Origin: a plasmid
Strand: one strand, 5' to 3'
DNA length: 64,000 nucleotides
Sequence record: NZ_CP014128.2
The position numbers were made by a program, and so were the translations under genes. The notes under the pieces were generated by a model. It made no database searches. It was not told the DNA's origin and worked only from the letters and a program-made list of their open reading frames with translations. Shown here piece after piece: positions 37,104-46,553 of this stretch (the first letter of the stretch is position 1; every line of letters starts with the position of its first letter).

Positions 37104-37120
37104 AGCAATGCCTGTGCCAG
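37104..37120 (-). promoter_or_regulatory. Sigma54 promoter of hrpL
   Basis: Minus strand reads TGGCAC-AGGCA-TTGCT, consensus -24/-12 spacing. Lies about 40 nt upstream of the hrpL ATG. Confidence 0.75.
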
Positions 37121-37182
37121 TCGAAAATAAAATTTCAACTTATTGAAATTATAAAGTTATTTATTTTTATTCTGTCATTTAC

Positions 37183-37198
37183 TGGCAATTTATTGCCA
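37183..37198. promoter_or_regulatory. Inverted repeat TGGCAA-N4-TTGCCA, candidate HrpS enhancer site
   Basis: Perfect 6-4-6 palindrome 65-80 bp upstream of the -24 element. A TTGCAA-N4-TTGCAA pair follows at 37215-37232. Confidence 0.35.
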
Positions 37199-37269
37199 GG
37201 GGTGTAGGGGGGAATTTGCAACTCTTTGCAAAGCCAGGTTTTAACTTTTTCAGCAGGAAAAATCATCAG

Positions 37270-37297
37270 GGAACCGCAGCACCTAACACGCCACATA
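37270..37297 (+). promoter_or_regulatory. hrp box for the hrpJ-hrcU operon
   Basis: GGAACC gcagcacctaacacg CCACATA. Lies 35 nt upstream of the hrpJ ATG. Confidence 0.75.
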
Positions 37298-37331
37298 CCT
37301 GCAACAGCTCTCATATTTGAGGTTCGCCAGG

Positions 37332-38495
37332 ATGAAAATTGCTCCCGTTATACCCGGCATTCAACCGACGCTGCCGGTTGCTACCAGCGTGGTAGATGAT
37401 GTTCTGCCGCCGGTCAGTGTTGCGCCCTCATCGTCCAGTGCATCATCACGCATGCCTGCTTCCCTGCTGGAAGACTCGATGGAAGAAGTCTCAATGACCT
37501 TCGCGGAACACGTAGAACGTAAAAGCAAGGCGTTAAATCAGCGGAAAGTGGTGGCACAGCCGGGTAGCCGGGCGATGCAACATATTGAACGTATTGAGAA
37601 GTTAGACGAGCTGATGAAGTTGCTGGAGCACCCGCAACACGCACAGCTGGAAACCCTGAATCAGAAGATGCAGGCCCTCCTGAGCCGTTCACCCTCTCCA
37701 CATCTGGATGTGCTGCTGGACGCTGCAGGTGATGATCCTGTGCGCTGTGACGTAATGCTGCGTCACACAATGCTCCAGGCACAGCTGACGCAAAACACCG
37801 AACTGGCAGCCAGGGCATTACAAAGCCTTGAGTTGTTACACAAGGAAAAAGGGGCCGAAGTCAGCGCCGGGTTGAATACCGCCAGCGCCATTGCCACTTT
37901 CAGTACCGATCCGAAACAAAAACAGGCGATGCGCCAGCTCTACTATAAAACCATTGTTCATCTGCAATCAGGCCATGCGATGCTGGATGCGCTGCTGAAC
38001 AGCGTTGGTAGCGTGCATTTCAGACAGGGATTGCGCACCTTACAGCGCGCGTTATCTGATGATATTGCGGCTCACAGTTCTTCCATCCCGCGAGGCGCAC
38101 TGCAAAAAATCATCGCCAGCCTTCAGGATGCTGGCAATATCAGTCAGACGCTGACCGCCAGCAAAATTTTGCTGGCACGTCTGGCCGGGAAACTGCCCGA
38201 TATTAGCTTCAGCCCATTAGAGTTGACCCGTCGCCTGTTAAATCTGAGCGGAAACGGCGCTTACCTGCGGGATCTGCAAAATCTTTCACGCGATGTGGCA
38301 GGCCAGCATCCCCATCATCAGGTGCTGTTTCTCAGCGGGCTGGTGCCGCTGGTCTACCATCTGCCGCTGGGACTGTGGCGGGATGAGAAAAGTAAAAACC
38401 GCCAGATGGCGTTAAATCTGTTGCGCACGGTGATCAGTGAATACGCTGCCCATGAGCCGCGAGCCTCGCTGTCGCAACCCAGAGCGGCGTTATAA
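37332..38495 (+). CDS. hrpJ: HrpJ gatekeeper (YopN/SepL family)
   Basis: 387 aa from ATG 37332 with SD GAGG. First gene of the long plus-strand operon. Confidence 0.75.
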   Translation: MKIAPVIPGIQPTLPVATSVVDDVLPPVSVAPSSSSASSRMPASLLEDSMEEVSMTFAEHVERKSKALNQRKVVAQPGSRAMQHIERIEKLDELMKLLEHPQHAQLETLNQKMQALLSRSPSPHLDVLLDAAGDDPVRCDVMLRHTMLQAQLTQNTELAARALQSLELLHKEKGAEVSAGLNTASAIATFSTDPKQKQAMRQLYYKTIVHLQSGHAMLDALLNSVGSVHFRQGLRTLQRALSDDIAAHSSSIPRGALQKIIASLQDAGNISQTLTASKILLARLAGKLPDISFSPLELTRRLLNLSGNGAYLRDLQNLSRDVAGQHPHHQVLFLSGLVPLVYHLPLGLWRDEKSKNRQMALNLLRTVISEYAAHEPRASLSQPRAAL

Positions 38496-40649
38496 ATGGG
38501 GTCTTTGTTTGTCTGGCTAAACCGTCTCGCCATCAGTGCGATGCAGCGCTCGGAAGTGGTGGGCGCCACCATTGTCATGTCGATCGTCTTCATGATGATT
38601 ATCCCGCTGCCTACCGGCCTGATCGATGTGCTGATTGCGCTGAATATCTGCATTTCGTCACTGCTCATCGTGCTGGCGATGTATCTGCCGAAACCCCTGG
38701 CCTTCTCGACATTTCCCTCGGTGTTGCTGTTAACCACGATGTTCCGTCTGGCATTGTCGATATCCACCACCCGACAGATTCTTCTGCAACAGGATGCAGG
38801 TCATATTGTTGAAGCCTTTGGTAATTTCGTGGTTGGCGGCAATCTGGCAGTAGGTCTGGTTATCTTTTTAATTCTGACCGTGGTGAACTTTCTGGTTATC
38901 ACTAAAGGTTCTGAGCGGGTGGCAGAAGTCGCCGCACGCTTTACCCTTGACGCGATGCCAGGGAAACAGATGTCGATTGACAGTGACCTGCGTGCAGGAC
39001 TGATTGAAGCGCATCAGGCGCGTCAGCGCAGGGAGAATCTGGCAAAAGAGAGCCAGCTGTTCGGCGCAATGGATGGCGCCATGAAATTTGTAAAAGGGGA
39101 TGCAATTGCCGGGCTGGTGATTGTGTTTATCAATATGATCGGCGGCTTTGCTATCGGCGTTCTGCAAAATGGCATGGATGCTAGCCTGGCGATGCATATC
39201 TACTCAGTACTGACCATCGGTGATGGTCTGATCGCGCAGATTCCGGCGCTGCTTATCTCGCTAACCGCCGGTATGATCATTACCCGCGTTTCCGCTGACG
39301 GGCAGCAGGTGGATGCCAATATAGGTCGCGAAATTGCCGAGCAACTCACCAGTCAGCCTAAAGCCTGGATTATGTCTGCCGCTGGAATGCTGGGTTTTGC
39401 CCTGCTGCCCGGTATGCCTGCCGCGGTCTTTATCGTTATCAGTATTGTGGCATTGAGCAGCGGCCTGTTTCAGCTCTGGCGTACCAAACAGGAAACCACT
39501 CAGCAAGAGGCAAACCAGCGTCAGGGGCTGCAGCTGGCCCCGGAGGACAATGGTCATCAGGATTTGCGTCGCTTTAACCCTACCCGCGCCTATTTATTGC
39601 AATTCAGCCAGGGCCATCAAAACAGTGAAGCAGCTACAGCACTGATCCAGAATATCCGTCGATTGCGTAACCGGCTGGTTTACCAGTTTGGCTTTACACT
39701 GCCCAGTTTCGACATTGAATTCTCGCCGATGCTGGCCGATGACGAATTCCGTTTCTGCGTCTATGAGATCCCGCTGGTTACTGCCACGTTTGCTGTCAAA
39801 CATCTGGCGGTAAGAAAGAAAAGTCTTGAAGCCTGGCTCAGTGAACATGCTGACGATGCAAAGCATCCGGTGATAGAGAGCGTGGCGGAGCGCGGTGAAA
39901 CACACTGGTGCTGGCTGCCTCCTGAGCATCCACTGCTGCAACAGGAGGAGCAGCAAATATGGAATGCCAGCGACCTGATCATGCTGCGCATGGAGCAGGC
40001 GATTCATCAAAGCGGTTCTCAGTTTATCGGCTTGCAGGAGAGCAAATCGATCCTCAACTGGCTGGAGAGCGAGCAGCCGGAACTGGCGCAGGAGTTGCAA
40101 CGTATTATGCCGCTGTCGCGTTTTGCCGCCGTGCTGCAACGGCTGGCTTCCGAACGTATGCCATTACGTTCAGTGCGAACTATCGCAGAAACGCTGATTG
40201 AACATGGCCAGCACGAACGAGACAGCGCTGCCCTGACCGATTTCGTGCGTATTGCGCTGAAAGAACATATCTGCCACCAGTATCTGCAACCTAACGGGCT
40301 GGATGCCTGGCTGCTGACCCCGGAAACCGAAGAGCTGCTACGTGACTCCATGCGACAGGCCCAGAGCGAAACCTTCTTCTCGCTGGCCCAGGATTATGGC
40401 ATCAGTCTGCTGCATCAGATGCGCCAGGCCTTTCCCCCTTATGACAGTACAACCGCGCTAATCCTTGTCGCCCAGGATTTACGCAGCCCGCTGCGCGCGC
40501 TACTGAAAGACGAGTTCCACGCCGTACCGGTTCTGTCCTTTGCTGAATTAACCAATAGCGTTGCCATCAATGTGCTGGGACGGCTCGATTTACAACAGTC
40601 ACCGCCAGACCTCCAGGAAAATGACTCATGCATGAATTACGCGTACTGA
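38496..40649 (+). CDS. hrcV: HrcV export-gate protein (FlhA/YscV family)
   Basis: 717 aa. N-terminus WLNRL...VFMMIIPLP..., FHIPEL-like TM core, and VITKGSERVAEVAARFTLDAMPGKQMSID motif. Confidence 0.9.
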   Translation: MGSLFVWLNRLAISAMQRSEVVGATIVMSIVFMMIIPLPTGLIDVLIALNICISSLLIVLAMYLPKPLAFSTFPSVLLLTTMFRLALSISTTRQILLQQDAGHIVEAFGNFVVGGNLAVGLVIFLILTVVNFLVITKGSERVAEVAARFTLDAMPGKQMSIDSDLRAGLIEAHQARQRRENLAKESQLFGAMDGAMKFVKGDAIAGLVIVFINMIGGFAIGVLQNGMDASLAMHIYSVLTIGDGLIAQIPALLISLTAGMIITRVSADGQQVDANIGREIAEQLTSQPKAWIMSAAGMLGFALLPGMPAAVFIVISIVALSSGLFQLWRTKQETTQQEANQRQGLQLAPEDNGHQDLRRFNPTRAYLLQFSQGHQNSEAATALIQNIRRLRNRLVYQFGFTLPSFDIEFSPMLADDEFRFCVYEIPLVTATFAVKHLAVRKKSLEAWLSEHADDAKHPVIESVAERGETHWCWLPPEHPLLQQEEQQIWNASDLIMLRMEQAIHQSGSQFIGLQESKSILNWLESEQPELAQELQRIMPLSRFAAVLQRLASERMPLRSVRTIAETLIEHGQHERDSAALTDFVRIALKEHICHQYLQPNGLDAWLLTPETEELLRDSMRQAQSETFFSLAQDYGISLLHQMRQAFPPYDSTTALILVAQDLRSPLRALLKDEFHAVPVLSFAELTNSVAINVLGRLDLQQSPPDLQENDSCMNYAY

Positions 40650-41554
40650 CCGGGCTGCATCGCGGTGCAGCGTTGCCCCTGAGTGGCGAACAATGGTGGA
40701 TTGGTGCCGCAGAGGATGCCGATCTGGCCCTGTATGATCCGGGGATCAAAGATCGCCACTGCCAGCTTCTCAAAACCCTGCAAGGCTGGGTGGTAAAGGC
40801 ACTGGAGGGACCGCTGAATGACAACGAAGGCCAGCGATGTGAAGAGCTGAACAATCTGCAACCGGGCACGGCTTTCGCTATCGGCCATATCTGGCTGAGC
40901 ATCGTCAGTGCTGCTACCCCCTGGCCGGATGAGGCCAGTGAACCGGTAACGTCAGAGGAGATCCCGGCGCTTTCTGACCCAGCGGCAACGACACCCGCTG
41001 AAACAGCCCTCACGCGAGTGACAGAGGAGAAACAACCGCTACCGTTCTGGGCAAAAGTGGTTTATGTGGCGCTGATTCTGCTGCTGGTGATGATGCTGGG
41101 AAGCTGGCTGCTGAACGCCAGCATCGCCTCGCCTTCTGCGCCGCCTGCACCGGGTAAACCGCAGCTCACAAGCGTGGGACGAACACGGCAGATCATCAAT
41201 AGCATGCTGCTGGATCGTGGTCTGAATAAACAGGTTGCTCTTGCATCGGACAACAACAGCCTGACGTTGAGCGGTAATCTCTCCGACGACGACAATCAGC
41301 GTCTGCAGCGTATGATGCGCAACTTTTACCATCATTATGACGTGCGGTTAGTCATCCATAACAGGACAAGTGCAGTCAGCGCAAAACTGCCGTTTAAGAT
41401 TGTGCAGATCACCAGCGGCGCGCACGCCAATATTGTCACCGATAGCGGCCAGCGCATGTTTATTGGCGATGAAGTTAACCAGCTACGCCTTGTGGCGATT
41501 AATAACGACAGCATTGAATTCGCCGGCCGTGAAAACATCAGGGTGAAATGGTAA
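40628..41554 (+). CDS. hrpQ: HrpQ (YscD-like, FHA-domain inner-membrane ring protein)
   Basis: N-terminal FHA-like LRVLTGLHRGAALPL..WWIGAAEDADLAL. Single TM (VVYVALILLLVMMLGSWLL). Confidence 0.75.
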   Translation: MHELRVLTGLHRGAALPLSGEQWWIGAAEDADLALYDPGIKDRHCQLLKTLQGWVVKALEGPLNDNEGQRCEELNNLQPGTAFAIGHIWLSIVSAATPWPDEASEPVTSEEIPALSDPAATTPAETALTRVTEEKQPLPFWAKVVYVALILLLVMMLGSWLLNASIASPSAPPAPGKPQLTSVGRTRQIINSMLLDRGLNKQVALASDNNSLTLSGNLSDDDNQRLQRMMRNFYHHYDVRLVIHNRTSAVSAKLPFKIVQITSGAHANIVTDSGQRMFIGDEVNQLRLVAINNDSIEFAGRENIRVKW

Positions 41555-42912
41555 TGAGTGCGCTACGCCAGCAGCTGGCGCTGTGGGAACAGCAGCAGCA
41601 GCAACACCTCGGCCGCTATGCGCCAGCCAGTCGTTATGGCCGTGTTACCGGCATCAGTGGGATTCTGATCGAATGCAGCCTGCCCGATGCACGTATCGGT
41701 GACCTGTGCCGCATCCTGCGCAGTGACGGCGGCAGCGTGCTCTCCGAGATTGTCGGTTTCAGTCCGCAGAAAATTCTGTTGTCAGCGCTTGGTGCGCTGG
41801 ATGGCATTTCGCAGGGTGCGATCGTTATTCCACTTTATCTGCCGCACAGTATCTGCGTCAGCGGCAGGCTGCTGGGTAGCGTGCTGGATGGCTTTGGTCG
41901 GGCGCTGGAACCTGGCGGATGCAGCGCGTTTGCAGAGCCAGGGACGCAGGTCCACACCGTGCCGGTGCTGAACGATGCACCGCCACCCACCGAACGCCCG
42001 CGCATCCACACCCCATTACCCACCGGACTTCGGGCCATTGACGGGCTACTGACGATGGGTAACGGGCAACGGGTAGGCATTTTTGCCGGGGCTGGCTGCG
42101 GCAAAACCACACTGCTGGCGGAGCTGGCGCGAAACACGCCATGCGATGTGATCGTTTTCGGGCTGATTGGTGAACGTGGTCGTGAACTGCGCGAATTTCT
42201 CGATCACGAACTGGATGATGAATTGCGTAGCCGTACCGTACTGCTGTGCGCCACCTCTGACCGCAGTAGTATGGAACGTGCCAGAGCCGCGTTCACCGCC
42301 ACCGCCATTGCCGAGGCATTCCGCGCCGAAGGAAAAAGCGTGTTGCTGATCGTTGACTCTCTGACCCGTTTTGCCCGCGCCCAGCGCGAGATCGGCCTTG
42401 CCCTTGGCGAGCCGCCGGGACGAGGAGGGTTACCGCCATCGGTTTACACTCTATTGCCACGGCTGGTGGAACGTGCAGGACAGACCCGCGACGGAGCCAT
42501 TACTGCGCTCTATTCTGTGCTGATTGAGCAGGATTCCATGAACGATCCGGTCGCCGATGAAGTCCGCTCTCTGATTGACGGCCACATCGTCCTCAGTCGC
42601 CGCCTGGCGGAGCGTAACCACTACCCCGCCATCGATATTCTGGCCAGCCTCAGCCGTACGATGAGCAATGTGGTGGACCACGAGCACATGATGCAGGCCG
42701 GGCGCGTTCGTGGCCTGATGGCGGCTTATAAGCAGGTAGAGATGCTGCTTCGCCTGGGGGAATATCAGCCGGGTAACGACAGCCTGACCGATGCCGCCGT
42801 CAATGCCAACGACATCATCAATCACTTTCTGCGCCAGTCAATGCGCGCCCCCGAACCGTTAGACAAAACCCGCTATCAACTTGCCGAGGTCAGCGCCCAT
42901 GCCCCTGATTGA
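41554..42912 (+). CDS. hrcN: HrcN T3SS ATPase (FliI/YscN family)
   Basis: Walker A GIFAGAGCGKTTL, Walker B LLIVDSLTRFA. The second ATG (41554) is preferred on SD spacing. The ORF-track start is 41548. Confidence 0.9.
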   Translation: MSALRQQLALWEQQQQQHLGRYAPASRYGRVTGISGILIECSLPDARIGDLCRILRSDGGSVLSEIVGFSPQKILLSALGALDGISQGAIVIPLYLPHSICVSGRLLGSVLDGFGRALEPGGCSAFAEPGTQVHTVPVLNDAPPPTERPRIHTPLPTGLRAIDGLLTMGNGQRVGIFAGAGCGKTTLLAELARNTPCDVIVFGLIGERGRELREFLDHELDDELRSRTVLLCATSDRSSMERARAAFTATAIAEAFRAEGKSVLLIVDSLTRFARAQREIGLALGEPPGRGGLPPSVYTLLPRLVERAGQTRDGAITALYSVLIEQDSMNDPVADEVRSLIDGHIVLSRRLAERNHYPAIDILASLSRTMSNVVDHEHMMQAGRVRGLMAAYKQVEMLLRLGEYQPGNDSLTDAAVNANDIINHFLRQSMRAPEPLDKTRYQLAEVSAHAPD

Positions 42913-43342
42913 AGAAGATGAGCTGGAACAACAGGACAGCCCGCTGGAAAGCCTGCAGCAGGCGCTGAATGTGCTGATCCCAATCCGCCGCCAACGTCTT
43001 AGTCGAGCGCAACGCCAGCAACGCCAGCAGCAGACGCTGCTGGCCGAGGCTGAAGCACAGCAACAGGCAGAAGAAAAACAACTGGTGCAGGACCAGCAGC
43101 ATTATCAGGTGCAACGCGAACGCCTGCAGTACCACTCTTCAAGGGAAAAACTGACCCGTCATGTCAACAATGCGCTGAGCGCCTTACAGACGGTGGATCA
43201 GCAGAAGAAGCAGTGTCAGCAGGCGCAATACCGCTGTCAGCAGGCCGCTTATGCACTGGAGCAGGCGACAGAGTGGGCGCGTGAGCAGCAAAAAGCGGTA
43301 GAGAAGCTGGACTATTTATCTGAACACCTGGAGGACGCGTGA
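42899..43342 (+). CDS. hrpO: HrpO (YscO/FliJ-like coiled-coil stalk)
   Basis: 147 aa. Gln/Glu/Arg-rich coiled coil. SD GAGG, 9-nt spacer. Confidence 0.65.
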   Translation: MPLIEEDELEQQDSPLESLQQALNVLIPIRRQRLSRAQRQQRQQQTLLAEAEAQQQAEEKQLVQDQQHYQVQRERLQYHSSREKLTRHVNNALSALQTVDQQKKQCQQAQYRCQQAAYALEQATEWAREQQKAVEKLDYLSEHLEDA

Positions 43343-43821
43343 TGAATACCCCTACATCGGGATACCCGGACCGGGTGCCATCTTCTCAGCGGCAGGTTCA
43401 GCCGGATGAGCGTTATCGTGAGCGTATACCCACAACCCGCCGACATCAGCAGGAGAGCAAAGAGTCGCTGAATGCGCTGGGTTCACTGTTTTTTGCCAGC
43501 ACCACCGAATTTATGTCTGAGCACGAGAGGGTGCAGGATGAAGCCCCCTCGCCGGATTGGCAGCAACTGCACGAGGCGTTGCACGAGCGTATCGCCAGCC
43601 ATGCCGATGAGGATTGCGCCTTTACTTTGCTGCTGCCGCAAGCGGGTGAAGTTGATGTCACGCTCGCCAGGGCCCAACCCGCAGGCTGGGAGATTGCGCT
43701 ACGTTTTTCTCCACAGGTCTGGCCTCAGTGGCAGCGCCGGGAAATCCTCTGTCGCCGTCAGTTAAGCCAGTCTCTTAACGCGCCGGTACGTCTGAACATT
43801 GAGCAGGGCAGCGCATCATGA
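43342..43821 (+). CDS. hrpP: HrpP (YscP/FliK-like substrate-specificity switch)
   Basis: 159 aa. SD GGAGGA 6 nt upstream. TGATG overlap with hrpO. Confidence 0.65.
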   Translation: MNTPTSGYPDRVPSSQRQVQPDERYRERIPTTRRHQQESKESLNALGSLFFASTTEFMSEHERVQDEAPSPDWQQLHEALHERIASHADEDCAFTLLLPQAGEVDVTLARAQPAGWEIALRFSPQVWPQWQRREILCRRQLSQSLNAPVRLNIEQGSAS

Positions 43822-44834
43822 GCGAGGTTACGCGGCTGCATTTTCCCCGTCTCACCCGCCCGGCGGTTCGCTCACAGAACCTGCTGGCGCGCGCGCACTG
43901 CTTTCCTTTCACCCTCGGCGGCGAAGCCGGTGAGCTGTATCTGCTACCCGGTGATGTGTCACCCCCGACTACCTTCAGCCACTGGCACTGTGCGCTGGGC
44001 CACTTTTCGCTGGGAGACGCCTCGCCAGTACTTAATCTGCTGTCGCTGTCGCCCATCAATGTCCTGCACAGCCTCTGCGCAGAGGATGAGTGGCAGACAA
44101 TATTATTTAATCAGTACCTCAGTCCGGAACTGGCGCGATTATTCGGCGACTTAACCGTAAGTCACGCGCAGGAACAGCATGAATTATGCGCCAGGCTACA
44201 TGTCCGGCTGGGGGAGCGCCATGCAGAGTGCCCGCTACAGCTAAGCCATTCACGGCTGGCACACTGGCTGAAGCAACCGGGCTGGCAGAGGAGCCAGAGC
44301 ACGCTGCCTGATACGCTGGTTTACAGCCAGCCGTTAGTCCTGGGGCGCACTACCCTGCACATGCCGCAGCTGCAGGCGTTGAGTGCAGGCGATGTACTGG
44401 TGCCTCCCGTCAGCTATTTCCTTCCAGATGGTCAGGGCAGCCTGATCCTTGCCGGGCAGCAGTTACACGGCGAATTGCAGTTGCCTCACCACTTTTTGCT
44501 TAACCATATGGAGAGTACCGCCTTGGATCCTTATGCTGCTGATGAATTTGACGCTGTGTCTCAGCCTGAAATAGTCGCTACGGATGAGAATACGCAACTG
44601 GCCTCGCTGCCACTGTCGCTGGAAGTGCGCTGTGGCCGCACCCGACTAACGCTGGGCGAACTGCAACAGTTACAGGCAGGCAGCGTGCTGACGCTCGCAA
44701 ATGTGACACCCGGTGAAGCCGGCTTGTACCACGGCGATACGCTGATTGCACACGGTGAACTGGTGGATGTGGAAGGCCATCTTGGATTACAGCTGACCCG
44801 GCTGCTGCTGACCTCGCAGCAGGAGGCCGGATGA
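43818..44834 (+). CDS. hrcQ: HrcQ (YscQ/FliN-family C-ring; SpoA domain)
   Basis: C-terminal SpoA motif [46 protein letters not shown]. Confidence 0.85.
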   Translation: MSEVTRLHFPRLTRPAVRSQNLLARAHCFPFTLGGEAGELYLLPGDVSPPTTFSHWHCALGHFSLGDASPVLNLLSLSPINVLHSLCAEDEWQTILFNQYLSPELARLFGDLTVSHAQEQHELCARLHVRLGERHAECPLQLSHSRLAHWLKQPGWQRSQSTLPDTLVYSQPLVLGRTTLHMPQLQALSAGDVLVPPVSYFLPDGQGSLILAGQQLHGELQLPHHFLLNHMESTALDPYAADEFDAVSQPEIVATDENTQLASLPLSLEVRCGRTRLTLGELQQLQAGSVLTLANVTPGEAGLYHGDTLIAHGELVDVEGHLGLQLTRLLLTSQQEAG

Positions 44835-45484
44835 ATACCGAACAGTTCGACCCGATGACCTTTGCCCTGTTCCTTGGGGCATTGTCACTGATCCCGATGC
44901 TGATGATCGTCTGCACCTGCTTTTTGAAAATCTCGATGGTGCTGTTGATCACCCGCAACGCGATTGGTGTGCAGCAGGTTCCGCCTAACATGGCGCTGTA
45001 TGGCATTGCCCTGGCGGCGACGCTGTTTGTGATGGCACCGGTGTTTAATCAGATGCAGCATCAGTTCAGCCAGGCCCCCGCCGACTTATCCAGTACGGAT
45101 AATCTGAAGACCAGCGTGACCAATGGGGTGGCCCCACTCCAGAAATTCATGACCCACAACACCGATCCGGACATCCTGATCCATCTGCAGGAAAACAGCG
45201 TGCGGATGTGGCCGAAAGAGATGTCAGACAACGTCAGCAAAGACAATCTGCTGCTGGTGATCCCCGCCTTCGTACTGTCGGAATTACAGGCCGGGTTTAA
45301 AATCGGGTTCCTGATCTATATCCCGTTTATCGTTATCGATTTGATTGTCTCTAACGTCCTGCTGGCGCTGGGTATGCAGATGGTGGCCCCGATGACGCTG
45401 TCGCTGCCGCTGAAGATGCTGCTGTTTGTGTTAATTAATGGCTGGACTCGCCTGCTGGACGGCTTATTTTACAGTTACCTCTGA
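44831..45484 (+). CDS. hrcR: HrcR (FliP/YscR export apparatus)
   Basis: 217 aa, 4 [32 protein letters not shown] motif. Confidence 0.9.
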   Translation: MNTEQFDPMTFALFLGALSLIPMLMIVCTCFLKISMVLLITRNAIGVQQVPPNMALYGIALAATLFVMAPVFNQMQHQFSQAPADLSSTDNLKTSVTNGVAPLQKFMTHNTDPDILIHLQENSVRMWPKEMSDNVSKDNLLLVIPAFVLSELQAGFKIGFLIYIPFIVIDLIVSNVLLALGMQMVAPMTLSLPLKMLLFVLINGWTRLLDGLFYSYL

Positions 45485-45491
45485 GGCAAGC

Positions 45492-45752
45492 ATGGAAATA
45501 CTGAATCTGTTCAAGCAGGCGATGCTGCTGGTGGTACTGCTCTCGGCCCCCCCGCTGCTGGTGGCGGTGATTGTCGGGGTACTGGTGTCATTGTTACAGG
45601 CGGTGATGCAGTTGCAGGATCAGACCCTGCCCTTTGCCATTAAGCTGGTGGCAGTCGGTATCGCGCTGGCGCTGAGTGGCCGCTGGATCGGGGTTGAGTT
45701 GCTTGAACTGGCACAGCAGGCCTTCGCCATGATCCCTCAGACCGGGGCATAG
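45492..45752 (+). CDS. hrcS: HrcS (FliQ/YscS export apparatus)
   Basis: 86 aa from ATG 45492 (MEILNLFKQAMLLVVLLSAPPLLVA...), 2 TM. Confidence 0.85.
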   Translation: MEILNLFKQAMLLVVLLSAPPLLVAVIVGVLVSLLQAVMQLQDQTLPFAIKLVAVGIALALSGRWIGVELLELAQQAFAMIPQTGA

Positions 45753-45754
45753 CG

Positions 45755-46552
45755 ATGGCTAACGATGCCATCCACATCCTCTATCAATACCTGTTTGCCC
45801 TGACGCTGGGCGCCGCGCGCATCTATCCCTGTCTGATTCTGGTTCCGGTATTTTCATTCAATATCCTGAAAGGCATGGTGCGCAACGGGGTGGTGCTGGC
45901 ACTGGCGCTGGTTCCTGCCCTGGGTTTACAGACACAGCTGGCGATGCAGATGCCTGACTGGCCGCAACTGATTGCGTTGATCCTGAAAGAGGTAGTGATT
46001 GGTATCCTGTTGGGGCTGATCATGGGCATGCCCTTCTGGCTGTTTCAGTCGGTGGGGGCACTGTTCGATAACCAGCGTGGCGCATTGATTGGCGGCCAGC
46101 TAAACCCGGCGCTGGGCAGCGATGTCACCCCTCTGGGCCTGCTGCTGCAGCAGACGCTTATCCTGCTGCTGATCCTTGGCACGGGGTTAAGCGGCATCAC
46201 CCAGATCATCTGGGACAGCTACCGTATCTGGCCTGTGATGCAGTGGTTACCGTTGCCCCATGAACAGGGATTTAAACAGTATCTGACACTGCTGGCCGAT
46301 ACCTTCAGCCATATCATCATTTATGCCGGTCCACTGGTAGCGCTGCTGCTGATCCTGGATTTCAGTATCGCTATCCTCAGCCTCTACAGCCCGCAGTTGC
46401 AGGCGTTTGTGCTATCTGTTCCAGCAAAATGTCTGGTTGGCCTGCTGTTTTTTGTGCTGTATATCCCAACACTAAACGCTCTGGGGGAAGGACGTTTACA
46501 ACTGCTATCTGATCTGAGCAAGCTAACGCCGCTTCTGCTGGGAGACCATTAG
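45755..46552 (+). CDS. hrcT: HrcT (FliR/YscT export apparatus)
   Basis: 265 aa polytopic membrane protein. Confidence 0.85.
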   Translation: MANDAIHILYQYLFALTLGAARIYPCLILVPVFSFNILKGMVRNGVVLALALVPALGLQTQLAMQMPDWPQLIALILKEVVIGILLGLIMGMPFWLFQSVGALFDNQRGALIGGQLNPALGSDVTPLGLLLQQTLILLLILGTGLSGITQIIWDSYRIWPVMQWLPLPHEQGFKQYLTLLADTFSHIIIYAGPLVALLLILDFSIAILSLYSPQLQAFVLSVPAKCLVGLLFFVLYIPTLNALGEGRLQLLSDLSKLTPLLLGDH

Positions 46553-46553
46553 C

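Noticed and set aside
41880-41915. GGAACC hexamer inside hrcN
   Set aside because: No CCACNNA 15-16 nt downstream. Internal to a coding sequence.
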